Shown: positions 1 to 10,173, numbered from the stretch's first letter. The stretch is 64,000 bases of DNA from Dehalococcoidia bacterium (GCA_965197585.1 OZ240215.1:1376642-1440641), one strand, 5' to 3'. Made by a program: numbers and translations. The notes: generated from the letters alone by a model not told the origin.

Positions 1-2
1 AG

Positions 3-98
3 AGGACTTTGCCCAAGTTCGAAGGCGTAGTCGAAGCATTGCCCGCCGTAACCACCGAGCTCATTCAGATTGCTAACGGAAAGGACGGCTCCCACTAG
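3..98 (+). CDS. 3' end of an upstream ORF running off the window edge (possibly the molybdopterin-like half of a split ActB)
   Basis: The frame is open from the window edge to TAG 96-98 (..TELIQIANGKDGSH*). The next gene starts 20 nt later behind a GGAGG. It is too short to identify, so the product is guessed from context only. Confidence 0.35.
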   Translation, partial: RTLPKFEGVVEALPAVTTELIQIANGKDGSH

Positions 99-118
99 CC
101 GTACCCAGGAGGTAATCC

Positions 119-826
119 TTGGCAGACCAAAACAAATTCAAATGGGGTATGGTGATCGACGTCGACCGGTGTACCGGTTGTGAGGCATGCGTAGTAGCTT
201 GCCAGGCCGAGAACAATATCCCCCTGAATGAAGAGGACAGGTTCCACCAGGGACGCGCCATAGAATGGATCCGGATCGAGCGCTACTGGGAGGGTGAATA
301 CCCGAACGTGAAGGCCAAGTTCCTTCCCGTCCTTTGCCAGCACTGTGACAACGCCCCCTGCGAGCCCGTCTGTCCTGTGTATGCCACCTACCACAACGAC
401 CAGGGCATGAATGTCCAGGTCTACAACAGGTGTGTAGGCACCCGATACTGTGCAAACAACGATCCCTACCAGGTGCGGTTTTTCAACTTTTGGGAGCCCG
501 AGTGGCCCGAGTCCCTGGAAAATCAGCTAAACCCGGACGTTACCGTCCGCACTCGAGGGCTGATGGAGAAGTGCTCCTTCTGTATCCAGCGTATCCGGCG
601 CACGGAACGCGACCTCAAAAACGACGGCCGAGATCTCAGGGACGGCGAATTGCAGCCTGCCTGCGCTCAGACCTGCCCCACAGACGCATTGGTATTCGGA
701 AACATGAAAGACCCGGAAAGCCGTGTCTCTAAGCTCGCCAAGAGCGACAGACACTACAAACTGCTCGAAAACCTGGGCACGGAGCCCAACGTGATTTATC
801 TGAAGAAAGTGGAGCGTGATGTCTAA
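119..826 (+). CDS. 4Fe-4S iron-sulfur subunit of an ACIII/molybdopterin-oxidoreductase-type complex (ActB2/NrfC/PsrB-like)
   Basis: TTG start 5 nt after GGAGGT. Cys clusters CTGCEACVVAC, CQHCDNAPCEPVCP, CVGTRYC and CSFC...CAQTCP are typical of multi-[4Fe-4S] NrfC/PsrB-type subunits. Confidence 0.9.
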   Translation: MADQNKFKWGMVIDVDRCTGCEACVVACQAENNIPLNEEDRFHQGRAIEWIRIERYWEGEYPNVKAKFLPVLCQHCDNAPCEPVCPVYATYHNDQGMNVQVYNRCVGTRYCANNDPYQVRFFNFWEPEWPESLENQLNPDVTVRTRGLMEKCSFCIQRIRRTERDLKNDGRDLRDGELQPACAQTCPTDALVFGNMKDPESRVSKLAKSDRHYKLLENLGTEPNVIYLKKVERDV

Positions 827-2258
827 CGGCGAACACGAAGAGCTCCACTCTTTAGTCGAAATTCCCCGGCCGACGTCGCAGCAGGTCAACGACGACCTTC
901 TCTCCCAGACTAACACCTTGGGTCAGCGGTTCAAGACTGCAACCCCCATATTCGGTGTTCTGGTGGCCGTGGGGGTCATCGGCTTCATTATCAAGGCCCT
1001 GGACGGCTTTGACGACCGCAAGGACTGGGGTTACTACGCCGCCATTTTCGCCTTCCTGTTCACCACTTGTCAGAGCGCTCTGCTTGTATCCGCAACCATG
1101 AGGCTGGCTAAGACTCACTGGCGCCGCCCCCTCGCCCGGGTATCCGAGCTCTTCGCCATCGTCGGAGTCTTCAACCTAATTATTTTCCTTCCCCTCCTAT
1201 GGACAATACCCGAGGCCGAAGGCCGCAACAGCATTTGGTTCGAATGGCCTTGGGGCGCTCCCCGGCTCCTTGATGCCTTGGCCATGATTTTCCTGGTCCT
1301 TAACGGCCTTGCCCTTCTTTGGGCTTCCTCCCTTCCTGACTTAGCGCTTTACGGGCGTAGGTACGGAGGCGTTCGTGGCGCTCTTGCCCGGCTCATGTCC
1401 AGGGGTTGGAAAGGCACTCCCCTCCAGTGGACCGTTCTCAAGAGCGGCCAGATTGCCCTCGGCACTTTCTACTTTATATTCCTTATAGGAGTCGTCTTCA
1501 TCATATCTTCCGACTTCTCGATGGCTTTAGTGCCTGGCTGGATCGACGCCATATTCCCCGCTTTCCAGGCCATCACCGGTATCCAGGCGGGTATCGCAAC
1601 CACCATGCTCACCCTTTACCTCGTGCGACGCTTCGGCGGCCACGAGAAGTACATTTACATGGAAGTATTCTGGGCGTTGAGCAAGATCCTGATAGCCTTC
1701 ACCCTGCTCTGGATATATTTCTGGTTCGCCGGATTCATAACTTTCTGGTATGGCCGCAAACCGGTGGAGGAGAACGTCCTCCAGCTACTCATGATCGGGC
1801 CCTACCGCTTTGCTTTCTACTTGGCCGTGTTCCTGAGTTTCGTGGTGCCCTTCCTGATCCTCATGTGGAATTGGGTGCGCAAGACACCTGCGGGCCCGTC
1901 CATAGCCTCGGCGGTCATCATCTGTGGCGTCTTCTTCGATAAGCTGCGGCTGTACGTTGCCTCTTATTCCTTCACCAACGACGAGTTGGCAGCCGCTCTC
2001 CATCATGAGTCGGAATTCGTCAACACGACCTTTCCGGCCACCGGCGCCGATATTCCCCACTTCTTCGTGACTAACTGGCCGGACTATACCGACATTATGG
2101 TTATCCTCGGTGGCTTGGCCATGCCCTTCTTTGTCTATCTGATCGCCACCAAGCTTCTTCCGGTCATTTCCATCTGGGAAACTAAGGAAGGCTACCTATT
2201 GAGTTCGGTTAAGACCATTCTGAAACGCCGGTACCTGGTACTGGCCAAGCCTGATTGA
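816..2258 (+). CDS. NrfD-family polytopic membrane subunit (ActF/ActC-type)
   Basis: 480-aa, strongly hydrophobic multi-TM protein. Its start (GTG 816 / ATG 819) overlaps the stop of the Fe-S subunit gene, and it is a paralog of the next gene. Confidence 0.8.
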   Translation: MMSNGEHEELHSLVEIPRPTSQQVNDDLLSQTNTLGQRFKTATPIFGVLVAVGVIGFIIKALDGFDDRKDWGYYAAIFAFLFTTCQSALLVSATMRLAKTHWRRPLARVSELFAIVGVFNLIIFLPLLWTIPEAEGRNSIWFEWPWGAPRLLDALAMIFLVLNGLALLWASSLPDLALYGRRYGGVRGALARLMSRGWKGTPLQWTVLKSGQIALGTFYFIFLIGVVFIISSDFSMALVPGWIDAIFPAFQAITGIQAGIATTMLTLYLVRRFGGHEKYIYMEVFWALSKILIAFTLLWIYFWFAGFITFWYGRKPVEENVLQLLMIGPYRFAFYLAVFLSFVVPFLILMWNWVRKTPAGPSIASAVIICGVFFDKLRLYVASYSFTNDELAAALHHESEFVNTTFPATGADIPHFFVTNWPDYTDIMVILGGLAMPFFVYLIATKLLPVISIWETKEGYLLSSVKTILKRRYLVLAKPD

Positions 2259-2293
2259 CAATCCCAACGCAAAGAGGTTAGCGGAGACTCTTA

Positions 2294-3670
2294 ATGCAAG
2301 AACGAGTCCCTGTTCCCGATTCCGAAATAAATCGAGAACTCCTAAGTCCCATAGAAACTCACCCTAAGTGGTTTTTCATTACTGTGGCAGTTCTGGCCCT
2401 GATCGTGGCCACCGCGGGCGGGGCGTTGGGCTGGATGATAAATCAGGGTCTGGGTGTCACTGGCCTTAATCGGCCGGTGATGTGGGGCTTCTTCATCTCC
2501 AATTTCGTATTCTGGGTCGGCATCAGCCACGCTGGCGTTATGATCTCCTCGATACTCAGGCTCAGCCAGGCAGAATGGCGGAGGCCTGTAACCCGTGCCG
2601 CCGAGGTCCTCACTATCTTCTCCCTGATGACCGCCGCCCTCTTCCCACTGATGCACGCTGGGCGGCCCTGGCGCATAGCCTACTGGATCTTCCCCTATGA
2701 CTTCGCCAGAGGTATATGGCCTAACATACGCTCTCCCCTGGTATGGGACCCGGCCGCTATATTCACCTATCTGACTGGAGCCACTCTATTCGTTTTAATA
2801 GCCCTGGTCCCGGACTTCGCCGTAATGCGAGACCGCAACAAGGGTGTAAGGAAGCAGATATACGGATTCTTGTCCCTCGGGTTCCGGGGCACGCCACGTC
2901 AGTGGAGGCTCCAGGCCATCGCCGGAATCCTGCTCTCTGCGTTGATACTGCCAGTGTTCGTCTCAGTGCACAGCATTGTGTCCTGGGACTTCGGTATGGC
3001 TGTATCCGTCGCGAGCTGGCACACGACTGTGATGGCCCCCTACTTCGTGATCGGTGCCGTGCACTCGGGTGTATCGGCCGTAGTTACGATGATGGCCCTG
3101 CTGCGCTGGGTCTTCAAATGGGACAAGTTCATCCGTCCCGAACACTTCGACGGCCTGGGCCGTCTCCTCATCGTCGTCGGCACCGGCTGGTTCTATTTCT
3201 TCATCCTGGAGTTCATATTCGGCCTCTACAGCCAGGAAACTTCCGAGGTCACGCTCAGAAATATGCTGCTCTATGAGTGGCCGTGGAACTTCATGTTCTT
3301 CACATTCCTGGCGACCTCATACTTCATCCCGATACCGATGTGGCTGTTCAGGGGAGTGAGACGCAACGTGTTGCTGATGTTCCTCACCTCCATCCTAGTC
3401 AACATCGGCATGTGGCTCGAGAGGTTCTTGATCATCGTTCCGGGCCTGATGAGAAAACAGGAGTTCACTTTCGTCTGGGCCAACTACAGGCCGAGCGTCG
3501 TTGAGATATTGCTTGTTGTCGGGTCCTTTGCGTTTGTGACCATGATGGTGCTGCTCTTCTCCAAGGTCTTCCCTCTCATTCCTCTGTTCGACCAGAAGGA
3601 GGGCAAGATACTGGAGGCCACCACCAGGGTAGGCAGGCGGAATGTTCCGTCCATTGTCAGAGAAGAGTAA
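2294..3670 (+). CDS. NrfD-family quinol-interacting membrane subunit (ActC-type)
   Basis: 458-aa polytopic protein. The N-terminal region NRPVMWGFFISNFVFWVGISHAGVMISSILRL is typical of NrfD/PsrC/ActC. Confidence 0.85.
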   Translation: MQERVPVPDSEINRELLSPIETHPKWFFITVAVLALIVATAGGALGWMINQGLGVTGLNRPVMWGFFISNFVFWVGISHAGVMISSILRLSQAEWRRPVTRAAEVLTIFSLMTAALFPLMHAGRPWRIAYWIFPYDFARGIWPNIRSPLVWDPAAIFTYLTGATLFVLIALVPDFAVMRDRNKGVRKQIYGFLSLGFRGTPRQWRLQAIAGILLSALILPVFVSVHSIVSWDFGMAVSVASWHTTVMAPYFVIGAVHSGVSAVVTMMALLRWVFKWDKFIRPEHFDGLGRLLIVVGTGWFYFFILEFIFGLYSQETSEVTLRNMLLYEWPWNFMFFTFLATSYFIPIPMWLFRGVRRNVLLMFLTSILVNIGMWLERFLIIVPGLMRKQEFTFVWANYRPSVVEILLVVGSFAFVTMMVLLFSKVFPLIPLFDQKEGKILEATTRVGRRNVPSIVREE

Positions 3671-3679
3671 GGTGAAGCC

Positions 3680-4213
3680 ATGACCACATTTGTACCTAAA
3701 AAGAGCGTGCTGGGGGTCTTCCCCAACGCCGACACCGCGGCGGATGCCGTGGAGGGACTCCAGTCGAATAAGTTCGACGACAAGGAGTTCGAGATAATGT
3801 CGGGCACTCCGTATCCCGAGGGAGCCTTCGGTGAGAAGAAGTCATCCCACCGGCTGTACGTCTTCCCCTTCATTGGGGCAGCCATAGGCTTTACGGTGGC
3901 CATACTGCTTACCACCGCCACGCAGGTCTCCTACCCTCTCGTCACAGGTGGTAAGCCGATCCTATCCATTCCTCCCATGGCAATCATCACCTACGAAGGG
4001 ACGATGCTCGGGGCCATAATCTTCACGGTTCTCGGCATCGTCTTCGAGTCCCGCCTGCCGAGAAGTAAGCTGGGCCTCTATGACGAGCGCATTATGGAAG
4101 GCTACGTCGGAGTCCTGGTAACCGCCCCTGAGGACCGGATCCCCGTGGCGCAGAACGTGCTGAAGGAGGCAGGCGCAGAAACCATCAAGGAAGGCGAACC
4201 CGTCGGGGTCTGA
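3680..4213 (+). CDS. ACIII subunit ActD-like (DUF3341)
   Basis: 177 aa with a soluble N-terminal part followed by two TM helices. It sits directly after the NrfD-like subunits, as ActD does in ACIII operons. Confidence 0.7.
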   Translation: MTTFVPKKSVLGVFPNADTAADAVEGLQSNKFDDKEFEIMSGTPYPEGAFGEKKSSHRLYVFPFIGAAIGFTVAILLTTATQVSYPLVTGGKPILSIPPMAIITYEGTMLGAIIFTVLGIVFESRLPRSKLGLYDERIMEGYVGVLVTAPEDRIPVAQNVLKEAGAETIKEGEPVGV

Positions 4214-4234
4214 CGGAGGGTAACCCGGAGCGTT

Positions 4235-5275
4235 ATGGAGTTTCACATCGGTATGGGACGTAGCGAAACGATCCACGAGATCGGCCCATTGGCGCGCATC
4301 GCCGAGGACGCTGGATTCACTCATATCAACTTCCCAGATCAGCCACCACTCAACCGGGATGTGTTTCTGAACATGGCTATGGCAGCCCAAAGCACTACCA
4401 GGATATCGATGGGGCCAGGCATAGTTACCCCATATACCTACCATCCAGCTGTGATCGCCAATGCCACCGCAACCGTAGACGAGTTGTCGGGGGGGCGGGC
4501 GTTTGTCGGCATAGGTGCCGGGGGCAGCGCAGTAATGAGCATGGGCCTCAAACCGCGTCCCATGCGTGAGCTGCGCGAGGCAGCCCAGTTCATCAAGAAT
4601 TTCATGTCCGGCAGGGAAGCAGAATTCAAAGGCGGAAAGACTCACTCAGAATGGATCAAGCGTCCAGTGCCAATGTACATCGCGATTGACGGACCCCGAG
4701 GCCACGAGGTCGCCGGTGAATTTGCCGATGGCGTATACGTCCAAAGCGTTCACCCCGACGTGTTCGAATGGAGAAAATCCCTGATTGAGCGGTCAGCTGT
4801 AAAGGCAGGCCGGGACCCGTCGAAAATCAAGATCATCCCCTCGACCATCGTCTACATCACAGACGATCGCGAAAGTGCCCGCCGGGAGGTAGCCCCACAA
4901 GTTGCTTCCAAGCTCAGACGGGCCTTCCCCATGTGGAGAAGCAGTCACCCGGACATGGTGGCCCTGCGGGAGCAGCTTGAAAAAAACGACCCCGGGCTTG
5001 TAGATGAGATAATCCAGGTCGGGGACCGTATTAACGAAGTTTTTGACGAGCACCAGCACGAGAAAATCGACTCACCCCAGGCCGAGCCGGTGACTTGGAG
5101 GCTGATTGACTACTATATGCTCGTCGGGAGTGAGGAAGAGGTCTGTGAGCGGATACAAGACCTTAGGAATCGGGGGCTGGCCGGACTAATGCCCCTTATT
5201 TACACCATACAGGACAAGCAAACGATGATGCAGGAGATCGGCGCCCGGATCATCTCCCGATTCGGAAACAACTAA
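4235..5275 (+). CDS. LLM-class (luciferase-like) flavin/F420-dependent oxidoreductase
   Basis: 346-aa TIM-barrel-like sequence (GFTHINFPDQ..., ELSGGRAFVGIGAGGS) typical of the luciferase-like monooxygenase family. Confidence 0.8.
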   Translation: MEFHIGMGRSETIHEIGPLARIAEDAGFTHINFPDQPPLNRDVFLNMAMAAQSTTRISMGPGIVTPYTYHPAVIANATATVDELSGGRAFVGIGAGGSAVMSMGLKPRPMRELREAAQFIKNFMSGREAEFKGGKTHSEWIKRPVPMYIAIDGPRGHEVAGEFADGVYVQSVHPDVFEWRKSLIERSAVKAGRDPSKIKIIPSTIVYITDDRESARREVAPQVASKLRRAFPMWRSSHPDMVALREQLEKNDPGLVDEIIQVGDRINEVFDEHQHEKIDSPQAEPVTWRLIDYYMLVGSEEEVCERIQDLRNRGLAGLMPLIYTIQDKQTMMQEIGARIISRFGNN

Positions 5276-5278
5276 GCC

Positions 5279-5851
5279 ATGAGAGCGTTAGCCGCAATAA
5301 GAAAATCAGGCTTCAAGTGGACCCTACTATTGGTCGTACTCGGGACCGTTGCCCTCGCCTGCTCTACGGGCAGCTATCCCGTGGACATTTTCACGGAGAT
5401 GCACTACCAGCAGTCCTACCGTTCCCAGGAACCTCCGCGGCTCTTGACTGCCGAGGGCGCAGTCCCCTTTACCGATGAGTCTATGGCCCTTCGCCCCGCC
5501 GAGCCTGCATCCCAAGGTGAAGCCCTGATTCCAAACCCGATTGAAGCGTCTGCTGATAACCTGGTCCGCGCCCAGCAGGTATTTACCCGCAACTGCTCCA
5601 TGTGCCACGGGGTCTCCGGCGCAAGCGACAGTTTCATATCCGTGACCTTCACCTCCATGGGCATCAAGCCGCCCGCCAACTTCGCAGAGGCCGGTTCCAT
5701 AACGCCCGATGGCAGCTCCGACGGTCTGGCTTTCTGGATCATGACGGACGGGCTCGGAAACATGCCTTCCTTCCGTCACCTCCTCTCCTATGAAGACCGG
5801 TGGGGAGTCATTCACTACCTGCGTGTCCTCTCCCAACAGGCCGGACAGTAG
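5279..5851 (+). CDS. Monoheme c-type cytochrome lipoprotein (ActE-like)
   Basis: Signal peptide with a lipobox (GTVALAC), a single CSMCH heme motif, and a distal Met region GLGNMPSF. Confidence 0.85.
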   Translation: MRALAAIRKSGFKWTLLLVVLGTVALACSTGSYPVDIFTEMHYQQSYRSQEPPRLLTAEGAVPFTDESMALRPAEPASQGEALIPNPIEASADNLVRAQQVFTRNCSMCHGVSGASDSFISVTFTSMGIKPPANFAEAGSITPDGSSDGLAFWIMTDGLGNMPSFRHLLSYEDRWGVIHYLRVLSQQAGQ

Positions 5852-5856
5852 TCCCC

Positions 5857-6438
5857 ATGTCCCGTTTCCAGGGAACGCACACCGGCGGCGTCCGGTTCCC
5901 GACTACTTTTAACGCCGCCCTCAGGATAACCCCGTTCTTAACGGTCATCTTGGCCATCCTTATTGTTCTGTCCGCAGCCGCTTGCGCCACCGAGACCCCA
6001 ACCCTCGAAGAGCGCGCTCAGTCTATTGACCAACGCCTCATGTGTCCCGTCTGTCCCGCAGAGACCATCGACCAGTCCCAGGCAGACGTCGCCATCCAGA
6101 TGCGGGAGCTAGTCCGCGAGAAACTCCGCGCCGGGGAATCCGAAGACCAGATATTCAATTTCTTCGTCGACCGTTATGACAAGGGAGTCCTTGCCGAGCC
6201 TCCCGCAGAAGGCTTTAATATCCTCGTCTGGGTTATCCCACCCTTGGCCTTCCTGTTAGGTCTGGCTCTCATTTGGTTGGGGTTCCGACAGTTGACTCGC
6301 TCCCCGCACCACTTCACCCCCACTTCCGGTGGTGACTGGCAAGCCGATTCTGAAAGCTATCTGAGGGAGATCGACGAAGAGTTCGAAGCCTTCCGGCGCA
6401 CCACAGGCTCCGGCACTGCTCCCGAACACAGCCTTTAA
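5857..6438 (+). CDS. ccmH: Cytochrome c-type biogenesis protein CcmH/NrfF
   Basis: LMCPVCPAETIDQS (CXXC motif of CcmH) plus a C-terminal TM helix. ATG 5857 lies just past the cytochrome c stop, whereas the longer ORF from 5800 would overlap it. Confidence 0.85.
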   Translation: MSRFQGTHTGGVRFPTTFNAALRITPFLTVILAILIVLSAAACATETPTLEERAQSIDQRLMCPVCPAETIDQSQADVAIQMRELVREKLRAGESEDQIFNFFVDRYDKGVLAEPPAEGFNILVWVIPPLAFLLGLALIWLGFRQLTRSPHHFTPTSGGDWQADSESYLREIDEEFEAFRRTTGSGTAPEHSL

Positions 6439-6453
6439 GAGGGAGGTTTAACC

Positions 6454-8454
6454 TTGGCCGAGCTTGGAACCCTATCCCTCTTTTTCGCCCTGATACTAGC
6501 CCTCTACGCTTGCGTGGGCTCGGTATTCGGCGTCCGGAGAAGCCTCCCGGAGCTGGTTACCAGCGCCCGGTACAGCGCCTACCTGACACCCCTCCCTGTA
6601 GCTATCGCTGTTCTCGCCCTGGTGGGCGCTTTCTTGTCTCGGGACTTCGATGTCAAATACGTGGCCGAGCACAGTAACGCGGCTATGTCCCGCGCCTACG
6701 CCTGGGTCGCCTTTTACGCAGGCAACGAAGGGTCAATCCTATTTCTCGCCGTAGCGCTCTCCATCGCTGCGGCTATCGCCCTTGCCTTGGCTCCGAGGCT
6801 CCACCAAGCCAGTCTCGCCTATACCTGCTCAATTATTACGGGAGTCCTCGCCTTCTTCCTGGCCGTACTCGTCTTCCTCGCCAATCCTTTCGAAACTACC
6901 GCCGTCGCCGTCCCCGACGGCCGAGGCATGAACCCCCTTCTCACCCACCCGGGCATGTTCGTGCATCCTCCTATGTTGATGACCGGGCTCGTCACCGTCT
7001 CCATTCCCTTCGCCTTCGCTATGGGTTCCTTGCTCGCAGGTAGGACTGGAGACGAGTGGGTCGATACTGGCAGGACGTGGGCCCTCGTCTCCTGGGGCAT
7101 CCTTGGCACTGGCCTGCTGCTCGGCGGCTGGTGGGCTTACACGATACTGGGGTGGGGTGGATTCTGGGCATGGGATCCCGTGGAGAACGCCGGTTTTATG
7201 CCGTGGCTCGTGCTAACCGCCTTTGTGCATTCGATAATGGTGCAGAAGAGGCGGGGCATGTTCAGAGTGTGGAATATTGCCTTGATCAACGTGGCCTTCA
7301 CATCTTCTCTCCTTGGTATGTTCATCAACCGTGGTGGCCCGACACCCTCGGTCCACTCCTTCGCCGAATCTGTCTTGGGATGGGTGTTTCTCGGCTTCAT
7401 GGTTGTTACCGCACTGTTCTCATTCGGCGTACTTTTCCGCCGCATGTCACTCCTACGCAACGCACAGCAACTGGAATCCAAGCTTTCCAGGGAGACTGCG
7501 TTCCTCGTCAATAATCTCCTCTTCCTTGCTATCGCCTTCGTCATCATCTGGGGGCAGGTCTTTCCCGTTATCTCGGACACCGTGACCGGGGTCTCCATCA
7601 CTGTCGGGGAGCCTTTCTACAACCGGGTCAACGGGCCCCTGCTCCTGGCCGTCGTGTTCCTCATGGGCATCGGGCCCCTCATCCCCTGGCGCCGAGGATC
7701 TTTGACCCAACTCCGTAAAGCTCTGCTAATACCCTTCGCCATCGCACTTGCCGTTGACCTCATCCTCATCGGGTTCGGTATTGCCAAGGCGTTCCCCCTG
7801 CTCGCTGTTGGGCTTTCGGTTGCAGTGGCGGTCGGAATCTTCAGAGAGTGGTACCGTGGAACCAGGGCCCGACACCGCGGCGGCGAATCTTACCCTGTCG
7901 CCTTCCTCCGCCTCATCTCGGCTAACCGACCCCGCTATGGAGGCTATGTTGTCCACCTCGCCATCGTGATGATGGCCCTCGCAATAGTCGGCACCTATTT
8001 CTTTGACACACAGAAGGACGTCCGACTAGCCGAAGGTCAAAGCGCTGAAGCCGCCGGATACACCATCACATATCTCGAAACCGAACAGAGAGACTTTCCG
8101 GACCGCACCCAACGCATAGCAAGCGTGGAAATCTCGGACGCAGACGGCGAGTCTTTAGGCATTTTCAAGCCCGAGCAGTCCTTCTATCCGGCCTTCAGCC
8201 TGAGGCCCGCCCGCGCCGCAATCCGCTCTACCCCCCTGGAGGATGTCTACATCATTCCCAACGATTTCTTCCCCGACGGTACAGTCGGATTCCGCATACT
8301 GGTGAACCCTCTTGTGATGTGGATGTGGGTCGCCGGACCTGTGATGGTCCTCGGCACCCTCATAGCTCTGTGGCCGGGAAGGCGCGCAAGCCGGGCCCCG
8401 GCGCCTGCTCCGACGCCGTCCATAAACCCGGCATACGCGTCGGCATCAAAGTGA
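6454..8454 (+). CDS. ccmF: Cytochrome c heme lyase subunit CcmF
   Basis: 666-aa polytopic protein with the WWD motif region WGGFWAWDPVENAGFMPWL. TTG start lies behind GGGAGG. Confidence 0.92.
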   Translation: MAELGTLSLFFALILALYACVGSVFGVRRSLPELVTSARYSAYLTPLPVAIAVLALVGAFLSRDFDVKYVAEHSNAAMSRAYAWVAFYAGNEGSILFLAVALSIAAAIALALAPRLHQASLAYTCSIITGVLAFFLAVLVFLANPFETTAVAVPDGRGMNPLLTHPGMFVHPPMLMTGLVTVSIPFAFAMGSLLAGRTGDEWVDTGRTWALVSWGILGTGLLLGGWWAYTILGWGGFWAWDPVENAGFMPWLVLTAFVHSIMVQKRRGMFRVWNIALINVAFTSSLLGMFINRGGPTPSVHSFAESVLGWVFLGFMVVTALFSFGVLFRRMSLLRNAQQLESKLSRETAFLVNNLLFLAIAFVIIWGQVFPVISDTVTGVSITVGEPFYNRVNGPLLLAVVFLMGIGPLIPWRRGSLTQLRKALLIPFAIALAVDLILIGFGIAKAFPLLAVGLSVAVAVGIFREWYRGTRARHRGGESYPVAFLRLISANRPRYGGYVVHLAIVMMALAIVGTYFFDTQKDVRLAEGQSAEAAGYTITYLETEQRDFPDRTQRIASVEISDADGESLGIFKPEQSFYPAFSLRPARAAIRSTPLEDVYIIPNDFFPDGTVGFRILVNPLVMWMWVAGPVMVLGTLIALWPGRRASRAPAPAPTPSINPAYASASK

Positions 8455-8467
8455 GGAAGGCCGTCTC

Positions 8468-8941
8468 GTGGTCATAGCCATCGGCGTCCTTCTGGCCTTA
8501 GTGTGTCTGGCGGTAGCGGCTATTCCTTTTCTCAAATACCGACACTCTCGCCAGACCGTGGACCCTCTTCAGGTGATATCTGAGCTTCAGACTCAGCGTC
8601 AACGCCTCTACAAGGAACTCCTCACCCTGGAAGACAATAACAAGACAGGCGCCGTCCCCGAGCCCGAGTTCAACGCCGTCTCCCTGACTCTCCGCCGCCG
8701 CGCCGCAGAGAATCTCTGGATTCAACGCCGTTGGGAGGAGCGATTGACCGACCTGGACCTGGCCATAGAGCAGTTGATCTCTCTGCAAAAGCAAGGCGTT
8801 TCTTCCTTGCAAGACGCCACGCCCCATGAGCAGGGCCATAATGCCAAACCTTGTCCCGAATGCGGGGCCGAGGTACCGATAGGCACGCCCATTTGCCCCA
8901 AGTGCGGCGCCCAACCGGAGAAAACACAACCGGCTCCCTAG
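8468..8941 (+). CDS. Membrane-anchored coiled-coil protein with a CcmI-N-like motif and a C-terminal zinc ribbon
   Basis: N-terminal TM helix, then LYKELLTLEDNNKTGAVPEPEFNAVSLTLRRR, which resembles the CcmI/CycH cytoplasmic loop. The C-terminus carries CPECG...CPKCG. Confidence 0.6.
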   Translation: MVIAIGVLLALVCLAVAAIPFLKYRHSRQTVDPLQVISELQTQRQRLYKELLTLEDNNKTGAVPEPEFNAVSLTLRRRAAENLWIQRRWEERLTDLDLAIEQLISLQKQGVSSLQDATPHEQGHNAKPCPECGAEVPIGTPICPKCGAQPEKTQPAP

Positions 8942-8958
8942 AGCCGGAAGTCATTGCG

Positions 8959-10173
8959 ATGCCCAGCTATATGAAAACCCTGTTAATCGCCTTTGCCCTG
9001 GTCCTGGCGATGCTCGCAATTGCTGTAGTCCCCGCCTCGGCTGATGAGCACTTCATTAACGGTCGGGTAGTCAACCAGACTCCCGGCGCCGATCCGCCCT
9101 CAGGTCTGCAGGTCGTCCTCACAATCTTTGAAGACGGGACACCCATAGGGCAACTCACGGCGACAACCAACGCAGATGGCGCATTCGCATTCGAGGACAT
9201 CCCTCGGGTCCTGGGTCTCCGCTACCTTCTGCAACTTCAGTACGATGGTGGCCAGTACCAGACCGAGCTAGACCCAGCCTTATCGGAGCCCGTGCAGATT
9301 GTCGTCTACGACTCCACATCCGACCTCACCTCACTCTCCGTCCTCGACGATACCATCATGGTGACCCGAGAGGAGGGGCAGTACGAGCAGTTAACCGTCC
9401 GGCAGGTTGTCCGAGTCCGAAACGAGACCCTGCAAACCTTCGTACCTTCCTTCGGGGATCCCGGTGCCGGCATGATGAACTTCCTCCGAGTCTCCATGCC
9501 CGCCGGTTTCTCCGAGATGACCATCAGGAGCGATCTCCAGGGTGGTCAGGTGATACCCGTAGACCGGGGTGTGGGCATCACGACTGCCGTTCCTCCCGGC
9601 ATTCACGCCATAGTGTTCTCCTACGCCGCCCCCTATGATCGGTCGGACCTCATTTTCGAACCCCTCTACCCGCAGGGCGCAGACATGGTGCGTGTCCTGG
9701 TGCGAGAGGACGTGGGTCTGCTAATCGGCGCCGACCTCCGTGAAGAGGCCCCCGTTACAGTCTCCGGCAGCAGCTTCAAGGTCTACAGTATCGGCCCCGT
9801 CCCCATTGGCAACCGAGTCACTCTCGGATTCACCGATCTTCCCCAGGCCCCCTGGACCACCACAATCGCCGATGCCTTCACGACCCAGTGGAAAATTACG
9901 GCCATCATACCCGGCGTTACCGCATTGATTTTCCTGGTACTCCTCGGATATGCCTGGAGGCTCCAGAAGCGAGACCCGCGCCCCGTGGACGCCGCCATTC
10001 TTACCGCCAACATACAGAGCCAGCCCGACCAGATGGAGCTCGTACGACAAATCGCCGGCCTGGACGAACGGCGTGAAGCGGGAGAGACGCAGGACTCCGC
10101 CTACGAGCAACGCAGGTCTCTTCTGAAACGCAGACTTCTTTCCCGAGCGCTAAAGGACGCATCCTCGGCCTGA
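8959..10173 (+). CDS. Secreted/membrane-anchored protein with a CarboxypepD_reg-like N-terminal domain and a cytoplasmic CcmI-like tail
   Basis: Signal peptide MPSYMKTLLIAFALVLAMLAIAVVPASA. A beta-rich domain (INGRVVNQ...ADGAFAFEDIP) is followed by a late TM helix and the tail LVRQIAGLDERREAGETQDSAYEQRRSLLKRRLL. The ATG at 8959 was chosen over the 8851 ORF start, which overlaps the upstream gene. Confidence 0.65.
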   Translation: MPSYMKTLLIAFALVLAMLAIAVVPASADEHFINGRVVNQTPGADPPSGLQVVLTIFEDGTPIGQLTATTNADGAFAFEDIPRVLGLRYLLQLQYDGGQYQTELDPALSEPVQIVVYDSTSDLTSLSVLDDTIMVTREEGQYEQLTVRQVVRVRNETLQTFVPSFGDPGAGMMNFLRVSMPAGFSEMTIRSDLQGGQVIPVDRGVGITTAVPPGIHAIVFSYAAPYDRSDLIFEPLYPQGADMVRVLVREDVGLLIGADLREEAPVTVSGSSFKVYSIGPVPIGNRVTLGFTDLPQAPWTTTIADAFTTQWKITAIIPGVTALIFLVLLGYAWRLQKRDPRPVDAAILTANIQSQPDQMELVRQIAGLDERREAGETQDSAYEQRRSLLKRRLLSRALKDASSA

